Shown piece by piece: positions 38,501 to 53,500 of a stretch of DNA of 64,000 nucleotides (positions within the stretch are counted from its first letter, which is position 1; the number at the start of each line of letters is the position of its first letter). This stretch comes from Squalus acanthias (lineage: Eukaryota): contig CM059432.1 of assembly GCA_030390025.1 (NCBI GenBank), positions 33,606,001 through 33,670,000 of the forward strand. The letters are read 5' to 3'. The notes under the pieces were generated by a model that searched no databases, was not told the DNA's origin, and was given only the letters and a program-made list of their open reading frames with translations. Position numbers and translations under genes: made by a program.

Positions 38501-41500
38501 CTGGACTGTATGAGGTTGTGTCTCTGGACTGTATGAGGTTGTGTCTCTGGACTGTATGAGGCTGTGTCTCTGGATTGTATGAGGCTGTGTCTCTGGATTG
38601 TATGAGGCTGTGTGTCTGGACTGTATGAGGCTGTGTCTCTGGACTGTATGAGGCTCTGTCTCTGGGCTGTATGAGGCTGTGTCTCTTGAATGTATGAGGC
38701 TGTGTCTCTGGACTGTATGAGGCTGTGTCTATGGACTGTATGAGGCTGTGTCTCTGGACTGTATGAGGTTCTGTCTCTGGACTATATGAGACCTTGTCTC
38801 TGGAATGTATGAGGCTGTGTCTCTGGACTGTATGAGGCTGTCTCCTTGGACTGTATGAGGCTGTGTCTCTGGACTGTATGAGGTTGTGTCTCTGGACTGT
38901 ATGAGACTGTGTCTCTGGACTGTATGAGGCTGTATCTCAGGACTGTATGAGGCTGTGTCTCTGGACTGTATGAGGTTGTGCCTCTGGACTGTATGAGGCT
39001 GTGTCTCTGGATTGTATGAGGCTGTGACTCTGGACTGTATGAGGCTGTGTCTCTGGATTGTATCAGGCTGTGTCTCTGGACTGTATGAGGCTGTGTCTCT
39101 GGACTGTATGAGGTTGTGTCTCTGGACTCTATGAGGCTGTGTCTCTGGACTGTATGAGGTTGTGCCTCTGGACTGTATGAGGCTGTGTTACTGGACTGTA
39201 TGAGGCTTTGTCTCTGGACTGTATGAGGCTGTGTCTCTGGATTGTATGAGGCTGTGTCTCTGGATTGTATGAGGCTGTGTGTCTGGACTGTATGAGGCTG
39301 TGTCTCTGGAGTGTATGAGGCTGTTTCTCTGGACTGTATGAGGCTGTGTCTCTGGATTGTATGAGGCTGTGTCTCTGGACTGTATGAGGCTGTGTCTCTG
39401 GACTGTATGAGGCTGTGTTTCTGGACTGCGTGAGGTTGTGTCTCTGGACTGTACGAGGCTGTCTCTGGGCTGTATGAGGCTCTGTCTCTGGGCTGTATGA
39501 GGCTGTGTCTCTCGACTGTATGAGGCTGTGTCTCTGGACTGTATGAGGCTGTGTCTCTGGACTGTATGAGGCTGTGTCTCTGGACTGTATGAGGTTGTTT
39601 CTCTGGACTATATGAGACCTTGTCTCTGGAATGTATGAGGCTGTGTCTCTGGACTGTATGAGGCTGTGTCCTTGGACTGTATGAGGCTGTGTCTCTGGAC
39701 TGTATGAGGTTGTGTCTCTGGACTGTATGAGGCTGTGACTCTGGACTGTATGAGGTTGTGTCTCTGGACTATATGAGACCTTGTCTCTGGAATGTATGAG
39801 GCTGTGTCTCTGGACTGTATGAGGTTGTGTCTCTGGACTGTATGAGGCTGTGACTCTGGACTGTATGAGGCTGTGTCTCTGGACTGTATGAGACTGTGTC
39901 TCTGGACTGTATGAGACTGTGTTTCTGGACTGCATGAGGTTGTGTCTTTGGACTGTACGAGGCTGTCTCTGGGCTGTATGAGGCTCTGTCTCTGGGCTGT
40001 ATGAGGCTGTGTCTCTGGACTGTATGAGGCTGTGTCTCTGGACTGTATGAGGTTGTGTCTCTGGACTATATGAGACCTTGTCTCTGGAATGTATGAGGCT
40101 GTGTCTCTGGACTGTATGAGGTTGTGTCTCTGGACTGTATGAGGCTGTGACTCTGGACTGTATGAGACTGTGTCTCTGGATTGTATGAGACTGTGTCTCT
40201 GGACTGTATGAGGCTGTGACTCTGGAGTATATGAGGCTGTGACTCTGGACAGTATGAGGCATTGTCTCTGGACTGTATGAGGTTGTGTCTCTGGACTGTA
40301 TGAGGTTGTGTCTCTGGACTGTATGAGGTTGTGTCTCTGGACTGTATGAGGCTGTGTCTCTGGATTGTATGAGGCTGTGTCTCTGGATTGTATGAGGCTG
40401 TGTGTCTGGACTGTATGAGGCTGTGTCTCTGGACTGTATGAGGCTCTGTCTCTGGGCTGTATGAGGCTGTGTCTCTCGAATGTATGAGGCTGTGTCTCTG
40501 GACTGTATGAGGCTGTGTCTATGGACTGTATGAGGCTGTGTCTCTGGACTGTATGAGGTTCTGTCTCTGGACTATATGAGACCTTGTCTCTGGAATGTAT
40601 GAGGCTGTGTCTCTGGACTGTATGAGGCTGTGTCCTTGGACTGTATGAGGCTGTGTCTCTGGACTGTATGAGGTTGTGTCTCTGGACTGTATGAGATTGT
40701 GTCTCTGGACTGTATGAGGCTGTATCTCAGGACTGTATGAGGCTGTGTCTCTGGACTGTATGAGGTTGTGTCTCTGGACTGTATGAGGCTGTGTCTCTGG
40801 ACTGTATGAGGTTGTGCCTCTGGACTGTATGAGGCTGTGTCTCTGGATTGTATGAGGCTGTGACTCTGGACTGTATGAGGCTGTGTCTCTGGATTGTATC
40901 AGGCTGTGTCTCTGGACTGTATGAGGCTGTGTCTCTGGACTGTATGAGGTTGTGTCTCTGGACTCTATGAGGCTGTGTCTCTGGACTGTATGAGGTTGTG
41001 CCTCTGGACTGTATGAGGCTGTGTTACTGGACTGTATGAGGCTTTGTCTCTGGACTGTATGAGGCTGTGTCTCTGGACTGTATGAGGCTGTGCCCCTGGA
41101 AAACATGATACTGTGTCTCTGGAATGAATGACGCTGTGTCTCTAGACTGAATGAGGCTGTGTTTCTGGACTGCATGAGGTTGTGTCTTTGGACTGTACGA
41201 GGCTGTCTCTGGGCTGTATGAGGCTCTGTCTCTGGGCTGTATGAGGCTGTGTCTCTGGACTGTATGAGGCTGTGTCTCTGGACTGTATGAGGTTGTGTCT
41301 CTGGACTATATGAGACCTTGTCTCTGGAATGTATGAGGCTGTGTCTCTGGACTGTATGAGGTTGTGTCTCTGGACTGTATGAGGCTGTGACTCTGGACTG
41401 TATGAGGCTGTGTCTCTGGACTGTATGAGACTGTGTCTCTGGACTGTATGAGACTGTGTCTCTGGATTGTATGAGGCTGTGACTCTGGAGTATATGAGGC

Positions 41501-44500
41501 TGTGACTCTGGACAGTATGAGGCATTGTCTCTGGACTGTATGAGGTTGTGTCTCTGGACTGTATGAGGTTGTGTCTCTGGACTGTATGAGGCTGTGTCTC
41601 TGGAGTATATGAGGCTGTGACTCTGGACAGTATGAGGCATTGTCTCTGGACTGTATGAGGTTGTGTCTCTGGACTGTATGAGGTTGTGTCTCTGGACTGT
41701 ATGAGGCTGTGTCTCTGGATTGTATGAGGCTTTGTCTCTGGACTGTATGAGGTTGTGTCTCTGGACTGTATGAGGCTGTGTCTCTGGATTGTATGAGGCT
41801 GTGTCTCTGGATTGTATGAGGCTATGTCTCTGGACTGTATGAGGCTGTGTCTCTGGACTGTATGAGGCTCTGTCTCTGGACTGTATGAGGCTGTGTCTCT
41901 GGATTGTATGAGGCTGTGTCTCTGGAGTGTATGAGGCTGTGTCTCTGGACTGTATGAGGCTGTGTCCCTGGACTGTATGAGGCTGTGTCTCTGGACTGTA
42001 TGAGGCTGTGTCTCTGGATTGTATGAGGCTGTGTCTCTGGATTGTATGAGTCTGTGTCTCAGGACTGTATGAGGCTGTGCCTCTGGACTGTATGAGGCTG
42101 TGTCTCTGGATTGTATCAGGCTGTGTCTCTGGACTGTATGAGGCTGTGTCTCTGGACTGTATGAGGTTGTGTCTCTGGACTGAATGAGGCTGTGTCTCTG
42201 GACTGGATGAGGCTGTGCCCCTGGACTGTATGAGGCTGTTTCCCTGGACTGTATGAGGCTGTTTCCCTGGACTGTATGAGTCTGTTTCCCTGGACTGTAT
42301 GAGGCTGTTTCCCTGGACTGTATGAGGCTGTTTCCCTGGACTGTATGAGGCTGTGCCCCTGGAAAATATGACACTGTGTCTCTGGACTGTATGAGGCTGT
42401 GTCTCTGGACTGTATGAGGCTGTGACTCTGGACTGTATGAGGCTGTGTCTCTGGACTGTATGAGACTGTGTCTCTGGACTGTATGAGACTGTGTCTCTGG
42501 ACTGTATGAGGCTGTGTCTCTGGAGTATATGAGGCTGTGACTCTGGACAGTATGAGGCATTGTCTCTGGACTGTATGAGGTTGTGTCTCTGGACTGTATG
42601 AGTTTGTGTCTCTGGACTGTATGAGTCTGTGTCTCTGGATTGTATGAGGCTTTGTCTCTGGATTGTATGAGGCTTTGTCTCTGGACTGTATGAGGCTGTG
42701 TCTCTGGACTGTATGAGGCTGTGTCTCTGGGCTGTATGAGGCTGTGTCTCTCGACTGTATGAGGCTGTGTCTCTGGACTGTATGAGGCTGTGTCTCTGGA
42801 CTGTATGAGGCTGTGTCTCTGGACTGTATGAGGTTGTGTCTCTGGACTATATGAGACCTTGTCTCTGGAATGTATGAGGCTGTGTCTCTGGACTGTATGA
42901 GGCTGTGTCCTTGGACTGTATGAGGCTGTGTCTCTGGACTGTATGAGGTTGTGTCTCTGGACTGTATGAGGCTGTGACTCTGGACTGTATGAGGTTGTGT
43001 CTCTGGACTATATGAGACCTTGTCTCTGGAATGTATGAGGCTGTGTCTCTGGACTGTATGAGGTTGTGTCTCTGGACTGTATGAGGCTGTGTCCTTGGAC
43101 TGTATGAGGCTGTGTCTCTGGACTGTATGAGGTTGTGTCTCTGGACTGTATGAGGCTGTGACTCTGGACTGTATGAGGTTGTGTCTCTGGACTATATGAG
43201 ACCTTGTCTCTGGAATGTATGAGGCTGTGTCTCTGGAGTGTATGAGGCTGTGTCTCTGGACTGTATGAGGCTGTGTCTCTGGACTGTATGAGGCTGTGTC
43301 TCTGGACTGTATGAGGCTGTGTCTCTGGATTGTATGAGGCTGTGTCTCTGGATTGTATGAGTCTGTGTCTCAGGACTGTATGAGGCTGTGCCTCTGGACT
43401 GTATGAGGCTGTGTCTCTGGATTGTATCAGGCTGTGTCTCTGGACTGTATGAGGCTGTGTCTCTGGACTGTATGAGGTTGTGTCTCTGGACTGAATGAGG
43501 CTGTGTCTCTGGACTGGATGAGGCTGTGCCCCTGGACTGTATGAGGCTGTTTCCCTGGACTGTATGAGGCTGTTTCCCTGGACTGTATGAGGCTGTTTCC
43601 CTGGACTGTATGAGGCTGTTTCCCTGGACTGTATGAGGCTGTTTCCCTGGACTGTATGAGGCTGTGCCCCTGGAAAATATGACACTGTGTCTCTGGACTG
43701 TATGAGGCTGTGTCTCTGGACTGTATGAGGCTGTGACTCTGGACTGTATGAGGCTGTGTCTCTGGACTGTATGAGACTGTGTCTCTGGACTGTATGAGAC
43801 TGTGTCTCTGGACTGTATGAGGCTGTGTCTCTGGAGTATATGAGGCTGTGACTCTGGACAGTATGAGGCATTGTCTCTGGACTGTATGAGGTTGTGTCTC
43901 TGGACTGTATGAGTTTGTGTCTCTGGACTGTATGAGTCTGTGTCTCTGGATTGTATGAGGCTTTGTCTTTGGATTGTATGAGGCTTTGTCTCTGGACTGT
44001 ATGAGGCTGTGTCTCTGGACTGTATGAGGCTGTGTCTCTGGGCTGTATGAGGCTGTGTCTCTCGACTGTATGAGGCTGTGTCTCTGGACTGTATGAGGCT
44101 GTGTCTCTGGACTGTATGAGGCTGTGTCTCTGGACTGTATGAGGTTGTGTCTCTGGACTATATGAGACCTTGTCTCTGGAATGTATGAGGCTGTGTCTCT
44201 GGACTGTATGAGGCTGTGTCCTTGGACTGTATGAGGCTGTGTCTCTGGACTGTATGAGGTTGTGTCTCTGGACTGTATGAGGCTGTGACTCTGGACTGTA
44301 TGAGGTTGTGTCTCTGGACTATATGAGACCTTGTCTCTGGAATGTATGAGGCTGTGTCTCTGGACTGTATGAGGTTGTGTCTCTGGACTGTATGAGGCTG
44401 TGACTCTGGACTGTATGAGGCTGTGTCTCTGGACTGTATGAGACTGTGTCTCTGGACTGTATGAGGTTGTTTCCCTGGACTGTATGAGGCTGTTTCCCTG

Positions 44501-47500
44501 GACTGTATGAGGCTGTTTCCCTGGACTGTATGAGGCTGTTTCCCTGGACTGTATGAGGCTGTGCCCCTGGAAAATATGACACTGTGTCTCTGGACTGTAT
44601 GAGGCTGTGTCTCTGGACTGTATGAGGCTGTGACTCTGGACTGTATGAGGCTGTGTCTCTGGACTGTATGAGACTGTGTCTCTGGACTGTATGAGACTGT
44701 GTCTCTGGACTGTATGAGGCTGTGTCTCTGGAGTATATGAGGCTGTGACTCTGGACAGTATGAGGCATTGTCTCTGGACTGTATGAGGTTGTGTCTCTGG
44801 ACTGTATGAGTTTGTGTCTCTGGACTGTATGAGTCTGTGTCTCTGGATTGTATGAGGCTTTGTCTTTGGATTGTATGAGGCTTTGTCTCTGGACTGTATG
44901 AGGCTGTGTCTCTGGACTGTATGAGGCTGTGTCTCTGGGCTGTATGAGGCTGTGTCTCTCGACTGTATGAGGCTGTGTCTCTGGACTGTATGAGGCTGTG
45001 TCTCTGGACTGTATGAGGCTGTGTCTCTGGACTGTATGAGGTTGTGTCTCTGGACTATATGAGACCTTGTCTCTGGAATGTATGAGGCTGTGTCTCTGGA
45101 CTGTATGAGGCTGTGTCCTTGGACTGTATGAGGCTGTGTCTCTGGACTGTATGAGGTTGTGTCTCTGGACTGTATGAGGCTGTGACTCTGGACTGTATGA
45201 GGTTGTGTCTCTGGACTATATGAGACCTTGTCTCTGGAATGTATGAGGCTGTGTCTCTGGACTGTATGAGGTTGTGTCTCTGGACTGTATGAGGCTGTGA
45301 CTCTGGACTGTATGAGGCTGTGTCTCTGGACTGTATGAGACTGTGTCTCTGGACTGTATGAGGTTGTGTCTCTGGACTATATGAGACCTTGTCTCTGGAA
45401 TGTATGAGGCTGTGTCTCTGGACTGTATGAGGTTGTGTCTCTGCACTGTATGAGGTTGTGTCTCTGGACTATATGAGGCTGTGACTCTGGACTGTATGAG
45501 GCTGTGTCTCTGGACTGTATGAGACTGTGTCTCTGGACTGCATGAGACTGTGTCTCTGGACTGTATGAGGCTGTGACTCTGGAGTATATGAGGCTGTGAC
45601 TCTGGACAGTATGAGGCATTGTCTCTGGACTGTATGAGGTTGTGTCTCTGGACTGTATGAGGCTGTGTCTCTGGACTGTATGAGGCTGTGTCTCTGGAAT
45701 GTATGAGGCTGTGTCTCTGGATTGTATGAGGCTGTGTCTCTGGACTGTATGAGGCTGTGTCTCTGGACTGTATGAGACTGTGTCTCTGGACTGTATGAGA
45801 CTGTGTTTCTGGACTGCATGAGGTTGTGTCTTTGGACTGTACGAGGCTGTCTCTGGGCTGTATGAGGCTCTGTCTCTGGGCTGTATGAGGCTGTGTCTCT
45901 GGACTGTATGAGGCTGTGTCTCTGGACTGTATGAGGTTGTGTCTCTGGACTATATGAGACCTTGTCTCTGGAATGTATGAGGCTGTGTCTCTGGACTGTA
46001 TGAGGTTGTGTCTCTGGACTGTATGAGGCTGTGACTCTGGACTGTATGAGACTGTGTCTCTGGATTGTATGAGACTGTGTCTCTGGACTGTATGAGGCTG
46101 TGACTCTGGAGTATATGAGGCTGTGACTCTGGACAGTATGAGGCATTGTCTCTGGACTGTATGAGGTTGTGTCTCTGGACTGTATGAGGTTGTGTCTCTG
46201 GACTGTATGAGGTTGTGTCTCTGGACTGTATGAGGCTGTGTCTCTGGATTGTATGAGGCTGTGTCTCTGGATTGTATGAGGCTGTGTGTCTGGACTGTAT
46301 GAGGCTGTGTCTCTGGACTGTATGAGGCTCTGTCTCTGGGCTGTATGAGGCTGTGTCTCTCGAATGTATGAGGCTGTGTCTCTGGACTGTATGAGGCTGT
46401 GTCTATGGACTGTATGAGGCTGTGTCTCTGGACTGTATGAGGTTCTGTCTCTGGACTATATGAGACCTTGTCTCTGGAATGTATGAGGCTGTGTCTCTGG
46501 ACTGTATGAGGCTGTGTCCTTGGACTGTATGAGGCTGTGTCTCTGGACTGTATGAGGTTGTGTCTCTGGACTGTATGAGATTGTGTCTCTGGACTGTATG
46601 AGGCTGTATCTCAGGACTGTATGAGGCTGTGTCTCTGGACTGTATGAGGTTGTGTCTCTGGACTGTATGAGGCTGTGTCTCTGGACTGTATGAGGTTGTG
46701 CCTCTGGACTGTATGAGGCTGTGTCTCTGGATTGTATGAGGCTGTGACTCTGGACTGTATGAGGCTGTGTCTCTGGATTGTATCAGGCTGTGTCTCTGGA
46801 CTGTATGAGGCTGTGTCTCTGGACTGTATGAGGTTGTGTCTCTGGACTCTATGAGGCTGTGTCTCTGGACTGTATGAGGTTGTGCCTCTGGACTGTATGA
46901 GGCTGTGTTACTGGACTGTATGAGGCTTTGTCTCTGGACTGTATGAGGCTGTGCCCCTGGAAAACATGATACTGTGTCTCTGGAATGAATGACGCTGTGT
47001 CTCTAGACTGAATGAGGCTGTGTTTCTGGACTGCATGAGGTTGTGTCTTTGGACTGTACGAGGCTGTCTCTGGGCTGTATGAGGCTCTGTCTCTGGGCTG
47101 TATGAGGCTGTGTCTCTGGACTGTATGAGGCTGTGTCTCTGGACTGTATGAGGTTGTGTCTCTGGACTATATGAGACCTTGTCTCTGGAATGTATGAGGC
47201 TGTGTCTCTGGACTGTATGAGGTTGTGTCTCTGGACTGTATGAGGCTGTGACTCTGGACTGTATGAGGCTGTGTCTCTGGACTGTATGAGACTGTGTCTC
47301 TGGACTGTATGAGACTGTGTCTCTGGATTGTATGAGGCTGTGACTCTGGAGTATATGAGGCTGTGACTCTGGACAGTATGAGGCATTGTCTCTGGACTGT
47401 ATGAGGTTGTGTCTCTGGACTGTATGAGGTTGTGTCTCTGGACTGTATGAGGCTGTGTCTCTGGAGTATATGAGGCTGTGACTCTGGACAGTATGAGGCA

Positions 47501-50500
47501 TTGTCTCTGGACTGTATGAGGTTGTGTCTCTGGACTGTATGAGGTTGTGTCTCTGGACTGTATGAGGCTGTGTCTCTGGATTGTATGAGGCTTTGTCTCT
47601 GGACTGTATGAGGTTGTGTCTCTGGACTGTATGAGGCTGTGTCTCTGGATTGTATGAGGCTGTGTCTCTGGATTGTATGAGGCTATGTCTCTGGACTGTA
47701 TGAGGCTGTGTCTCTGGACTGTATGAGGCTCTGTCTCTGGACTGTATGAGGCTGTGTCTCTGGATTGTATGAGGCTGTGTCTCTGGAGTGTATGAGGCTG
47801 TGTCTCTGGACTGTATGAGGCTGTGTCCCTGGACTGTATGAGGCTGTGTCTCTGGACTGTATGAGGCTGTGTCTCTGGATTGTATGAGGCTGTGTCTCTG
47901 GATTGTATGAGTCTGTGTCTCAGGACTGTATGAGGCTGTGCCTCTGGACTGTATGAGGCTGTGTCTCTGGATTGTATCAGGCTGTGTCTCTGGACTGTAT
48001 GAGGCTGTGTCTCTGGACTGTATGAGGTTGTGTCTCTGGACTGAATGAGGCTGTGTCTCTGGACTGGATGAGGCTGTGCCCCTGGACTGTATGAGGCTGT
48101 TTCCCTGGACTGTATGAGGCTGTTTCCCTGGACTGTATGAGTCTGTTTCCCTGGACTGTATGAGGCTGTTTCCCTGGACTGTATGAGGCTGTTTCCCTGG
48201 ACTGTATGAGGCTGTGCCCCTGGAAAATATGACACTGTGTCTCTGGACTGTATGAGGCTGTGTCTCTGGACTGTATGAGGCTGTGACTCTGGACTGTATG
48301 AGGCTGTGTCTCTGGACTGTATGAGACTGTGTCTCTGGACTGTATGAGACTGTGTCTCTGGACTGTATGAGGCTGTGTCTCTGGAGTATATGAGGCTGTG
48401 ACTCTGGACAGTATGAGGCATTGTCTCTGGACTGTATGAGGTTGTGTCTCTGGACTGTATGAGTTTGTGTCTCTGGACTGTATGAGTCTGTGTCTCTGGA
48501 TTGTATGAGGCTTTGTCTCTGGATTGTATGAGGCTTTGTCTCTGGACTGTATGAGGCTGTGTCTCTGGACTGTATGAGGCTGTGTCTCTGGGCTGTATGA
48601 GGCTGTGTCTCTCGACTGTATGAGGCTGTGTCTCTGGACTGTATGAGGCTGTGTCTCTGGACTGTATGAGGCTGTGTCTCTGGACTGTATGAGGTTGTGT
48701 CTCTGGACTATATGAGACCTTGTCTCTGGAATGTATGAGGCTGTGTCTCTGGACTGTATGAGGCTGTGTCCTTGGACTGTATGAGGCTGTGTCTCTGGAC
48801 TGTATGAGGTTGTGTCTCTGGACTGTATGAGGCTGTGACTCTGGACTGTATGAGGTTGTGTCTCTGGACTATATGAGACCTTGTCTCTGGAATGTATGAG
48901 GCTGTGTCTCTGGACTGTATGAGGTTGTGTCTCTGGACTGTATGAGGCTGTGTCCTTGGACTGTATGAGGCTGTGTCTCTGGACTGTATGAGGTTGTGTC
49001 TCTGGACTGTATGAGGCTGTGACTCTGGACTGTATGAGGTTGTGTCTCTGGACTATATGAGACCTTGTCTCTGGAATGTATGAGGCTGTGTCTCTGGAGT
49101 GTATGAGGCTGTGTCTCTGGACTGTATGAGGCTGTGTCTCTGGACTGTATGAGGCTGTGTCTCTGGACTGTATGAGGCTGTGTCTCTGGATTGTATGAGG
49201 CTGTGTCTCTGGATTGTATGAGTCTGTGTCTCAGGACTGTATGAGGCTGTGCCTCTGGACTGTATGAGGCTGTGTCTCTGGACTGTATGAGGTTGTGTCT
49301 CTGGACTGAATGAGGCTGTGTCTCTGGACTGGATGAGGCTGTGCCCCTGGACTGTATGAGGCTGTTTCCCTGGACTGTATGAGGCTGTTTCCCTGGACTG
49401 TATGAGGCTGTTTCCCTGGACTGTATGAGGCTGTTTCCCTGGACTGTATGAGGCTGTTTCCCTGGACTGTATGAGGCTGTGCCCCTGGAAAATATGACAC
49501 TGTGTCTCTGGACTGTATGAGGCTGTGTCTCTGGACTGTATGAGGCTGTGACTCTGGACTGTATGAGGCTGTGTCTCTGGACTGTATGAGACTGTGTCTC
49601 TGGACTGTATGAGACTGTGTCTCTGGACTGTATGAGGCTGTGTCTCTGGAGTATATGAGGCTGTGACTCTGGACAGTATGAGGCATTGTCTCTGGACTGT
49701 ATGAGGTTGTGTCTCTGGACTGTATGAGTTTGTGTCTCTGGACTGTATGAGTCTGTGTCTCTGGATTGTATGAGGCTTTGTCTTTGGATTGTATGAGGCT
49801 TTGTCTCTGGACTGTATGAGGCTGTGTCTCTGGACTGTATGAGGCTGTGTCTCTGGGCTGTATGAGGCTGTGTCTCTCGACTGTATGAGGCTGTGTCTCT
49901 GGACTGTATGAGGCTGTGTCTCTGGACTGTATGAGGCTGTGTCTCTGGACTGTATGAGGTTGTGTCTCTGGACTATATGAGACCTTGTCTCTGGAATGTA
50001 TGAGGCTGTGTCTCTGGACTGTATGAGGCTGTGTCCTTGGACTGTATGAGGCTGTGTCTCTGGACTGTATGAGGTTGTGTCTCTGGACTGTATGAGGCTG
50101 TGACTCTGGACTGTATGAGGTTGTGTCTCTGGACTATATGAGACCTTGTCTCTGGAATGTATGAGGCTGTGTCTCTGGACTGTATGAGGTTGTGTCTCTG
50201 GACTGTATGAGGCTGTGACTCTGGACTGTATGAGGCTGTGTCTCTGGACTGTATGAGACTGTGTCTCTGGACTGTATGAGGTTGTGTCTCTGGACTATAT
50301 GAGACCTTGTCTCTGGAATGTATGAGGCTGTGTCTCTGGACTGTATGAGGTTGTGTCTCTGGACTGTATGAGACTGTGTCTCTGGACTGCATGAGACTGT
50401 GTCTCTGGACTGTATGAGGCTGTGACTCTGGAGTATATGAGGCTGTGACTCTGGACAGTATGAGGCATTGTCTCTGGACTGTATGAGGTTGTGTCTCTGG

Positions 50501-53500
50501 ACTGTATGAGGCTGTGTCTCTGGACTGTATGAGGCTGTGTCTCTGGAATGTATGAGGCTGTGTCTCTGGATTGTATGAGGCTGTGTCTCTGGACTATATG
50601 AGGCTGTGTTTCTGGACTGCGTGAGGTTGTGTCTCTGGACTGTATGAGGCTGTCTCTGGGCTGTATGAGGCTCTGTCTCTGGGCTGTATGAGGCTGTGTC
50701 TCTCGACTGTATGAGGCTGTGTCTCTGGACTGTATGAGGCTGTGTCTCTGGACTGTATGAGGCTGTGTCTCTGGACTGTATGAGGTTGTGTCTCTGGACT
50801 ATATGAGACCGTGTCTCTGGAATGTATGAGGCTGTGTCTCTGGACTGTATGAGGCTGTGTCCTTGGACTGTATGAGGCTGTGTCTCTGGACTGTATGAGG
50901 TTGTGTCTCTGGACTGTATGAGGCTGTGTCTCTCGACTGTATGAGGCTGTGTCTCTGGACTGTATGAGGTTGTGTCTCTGGACTATATGAGACCTTGTCT
51001 CTGGAATGTATGAGGCTGTGTCTCTGGACTGTATGAGGTTGTGTCTCTGGACTGTATGAGGCTGTGACTCTGGACTGTATGAGGCTGTGTCTCTGGACTG
51101 TATGAGACTGTGTCTCTGGACTGTATGAGACTGTGTCTCTGGACTGTATGAGGCTGTGTCTCTGGAGTATATGAGGCTGTGACTCTGGACAGTATGAGGC
51201 ATTGTCTCTGGACTGTATGAGGTTGTGTCTCTGGACTGTATGAGGTTGTGTCTCTGGACTGTATGAGGCTGTGTCTCTGGATTGTATGAGGCTTTGTCTC
51301 TGGACTGTATGAGGTTGTGTCTCTGGACTGTATGAGGCTGTGTCTCTGGATTGTATGAGGCTGTGTCTCTGGATTGTATGAGGCTATGTCTCTGGACTGT
51401 ATGAGGCTGTGTCTCTGGACTGTATGAGGCTCTGTCTCTGGACTGTATGAGGCTGTGTCTCTGGATTGTATGAGGCTGTGTCTCTGGAGTGTATGAGGCT
51501 GTGTCTCTGGACTGTATGAGGCTGTGTCTCTGGACTGTATGAGGCTGTGTCTCTGGACTGTATGAGGCTGTGTCTCTGGATTGTATGAGGCTGTGTCTCT
51601 GGATTGTATGAGTCTGTGTCTCTGGACTCTATGAGTCTGTGTCTCTGGATTGTATGAGGCTTTGTCTCTGGATTGTATGAGGCTTTGTCTCTGGACTGTA
51701 TGAGACTGTGTCTCTGGACTGTATGAGGCTGTGTCTCTGGACTGTATGAGGCTGTGTCTCTGGACTGTATGAGGCTGTGTCTCTGGATTGTATGAGGCTG
51801 TGTCTCTGGACTGTATGAGGCTGTGTCTCTGGACTGTATGAGGCTGTGTCTCTGGACTGTATGAGGCTGTGTCTCTGGACTGTATGAGGCTGTGTCTCTG
51901 GATTGTATGAGGCTGTGTCTCTGGATTGTATGAGTCTGTGTCTCAGGACTGTATGAGGCTGTGCCTCTGGACTTTATGAGGCTGTGTCTCTGGATTGTAT
52001 CAGGCTGTGTCTCTGGACTGTATGAGGCTGTGTCTCTGGACTGTATGAGGTTGTGTCTCTGGACTGAATGAGGCTGTGTCTCTGGACTGGATGAGGCTGT
52101 TTCCCTGGACTGTATGAGGCTGTTTCCCTGGACTGTATGAGGCTGTTTCCCTGGACTGTATGAGGCTGTTTCCCTGGACTGTATGAGGCTGTTTCCCTGG
52201 ACTGTTTGTGGCTGTTTCCCTGGACTGTATGAGGCTGTGCCCCTGGAAAATATGACACTGTGTCTCTGGACTGTATGAGGCTGTGTCTCTGGACTGTATG
52301 AGGCTGTGTCTCTCAACTGAATGAGGCTGTGTCTCTAGACTGTATGAGGCTGTTTCCCTGGAATGTATGAGGTTGTGTCCTTGGACTGTATGAGGCTGTG
52401 TCCCTGGACTACATGAGGTTGTGTCTCTGGACTGAATGAGGCTGTGTCTCTGGACAGTATGAAGCTGTGTCTCTGGACTGTATGAGGCTGTGTCTCTGGA
52501 CTGAATGAGGCTGTGTCTCTGGACAGTATGAAGCTGTGTCCCTGGACTATATGAGGCTGTGTCTCTGGACTGCATGTGGCTGTTTCCCTTGACTGTATGA
52601 GGCTGTGTCCCTGGAATATATGAGGCTGTGTCCCTGGACTGTATGAGGCTGTGTCCCTGGAATATATGAGGCTGTGTCCCTGGACTGTATGAGGCTGTGT
52701 CCCTGGAATATATGAGGCTGTGTCCCTGGACCGTATGAGGCTGTGTCCCTGGAATATATGAGGCTGTTTCTCTGGACTGTATGAGGATGTGTCTCTGGAA
52801 TTTATGAGGCTGTGTCTCCAGACTGAATGAGGTTGTGTCCTTGGACTGTATGAGGCTGTGTTTTTAGACTGTATGAGGTTGTGTCTCTAGACTGTATGAG
52901 GCTGTGTCTCTAGACTGTATGAGGCAGTTTCCCTGGAGTGTATGAGGCTGTTTCCCTGGACTGTATGAGGCAGTTTCCCTGGAATGTATGAGGCTGTTTC
53001 CCTGGACTGTATGAGGCTGTTTCCCTGGACTGTATGAGGCTGTTTCCCTGGACTGTATGAGGCTGTTTCACTGGAAAATATGACACTGTGTCTCTGGACT
53101 GGATGAGGCTGTTTCCCTGGACTGTATGAGGCTGTGTCTCTGGACTGGATGAGGCAGTGTCTCTGGACTGAATGAGGCTGTGTCTCTGGACTATATGAGG
53201 CTGTGTCTCTCGACTGAATGAGGCTGTGTCTCTAGACTGTATGAGGCTGTTTCCCTGGACTGTATGAGGCAGTTTCCCTGGAGTGTATGAGGCTGTTTCC
53301 CTGGACTGTATGAGGCTGTGTCTCTGGACTGTAGGAGGCTGTGTCCCTGGACTATATGAGGCTGTGTCTCTCGACTGAATGAGGCTGTGTCTCTAGACTG
53401 TATGAGGCTGTTTCCCTGGACTGTATGAGGCTGTTTCCCTGGAATGTATGAGGCTGTGACTCTGGACTGTATGAGGCTGTGTCCTTGGACTGTATGAGGC

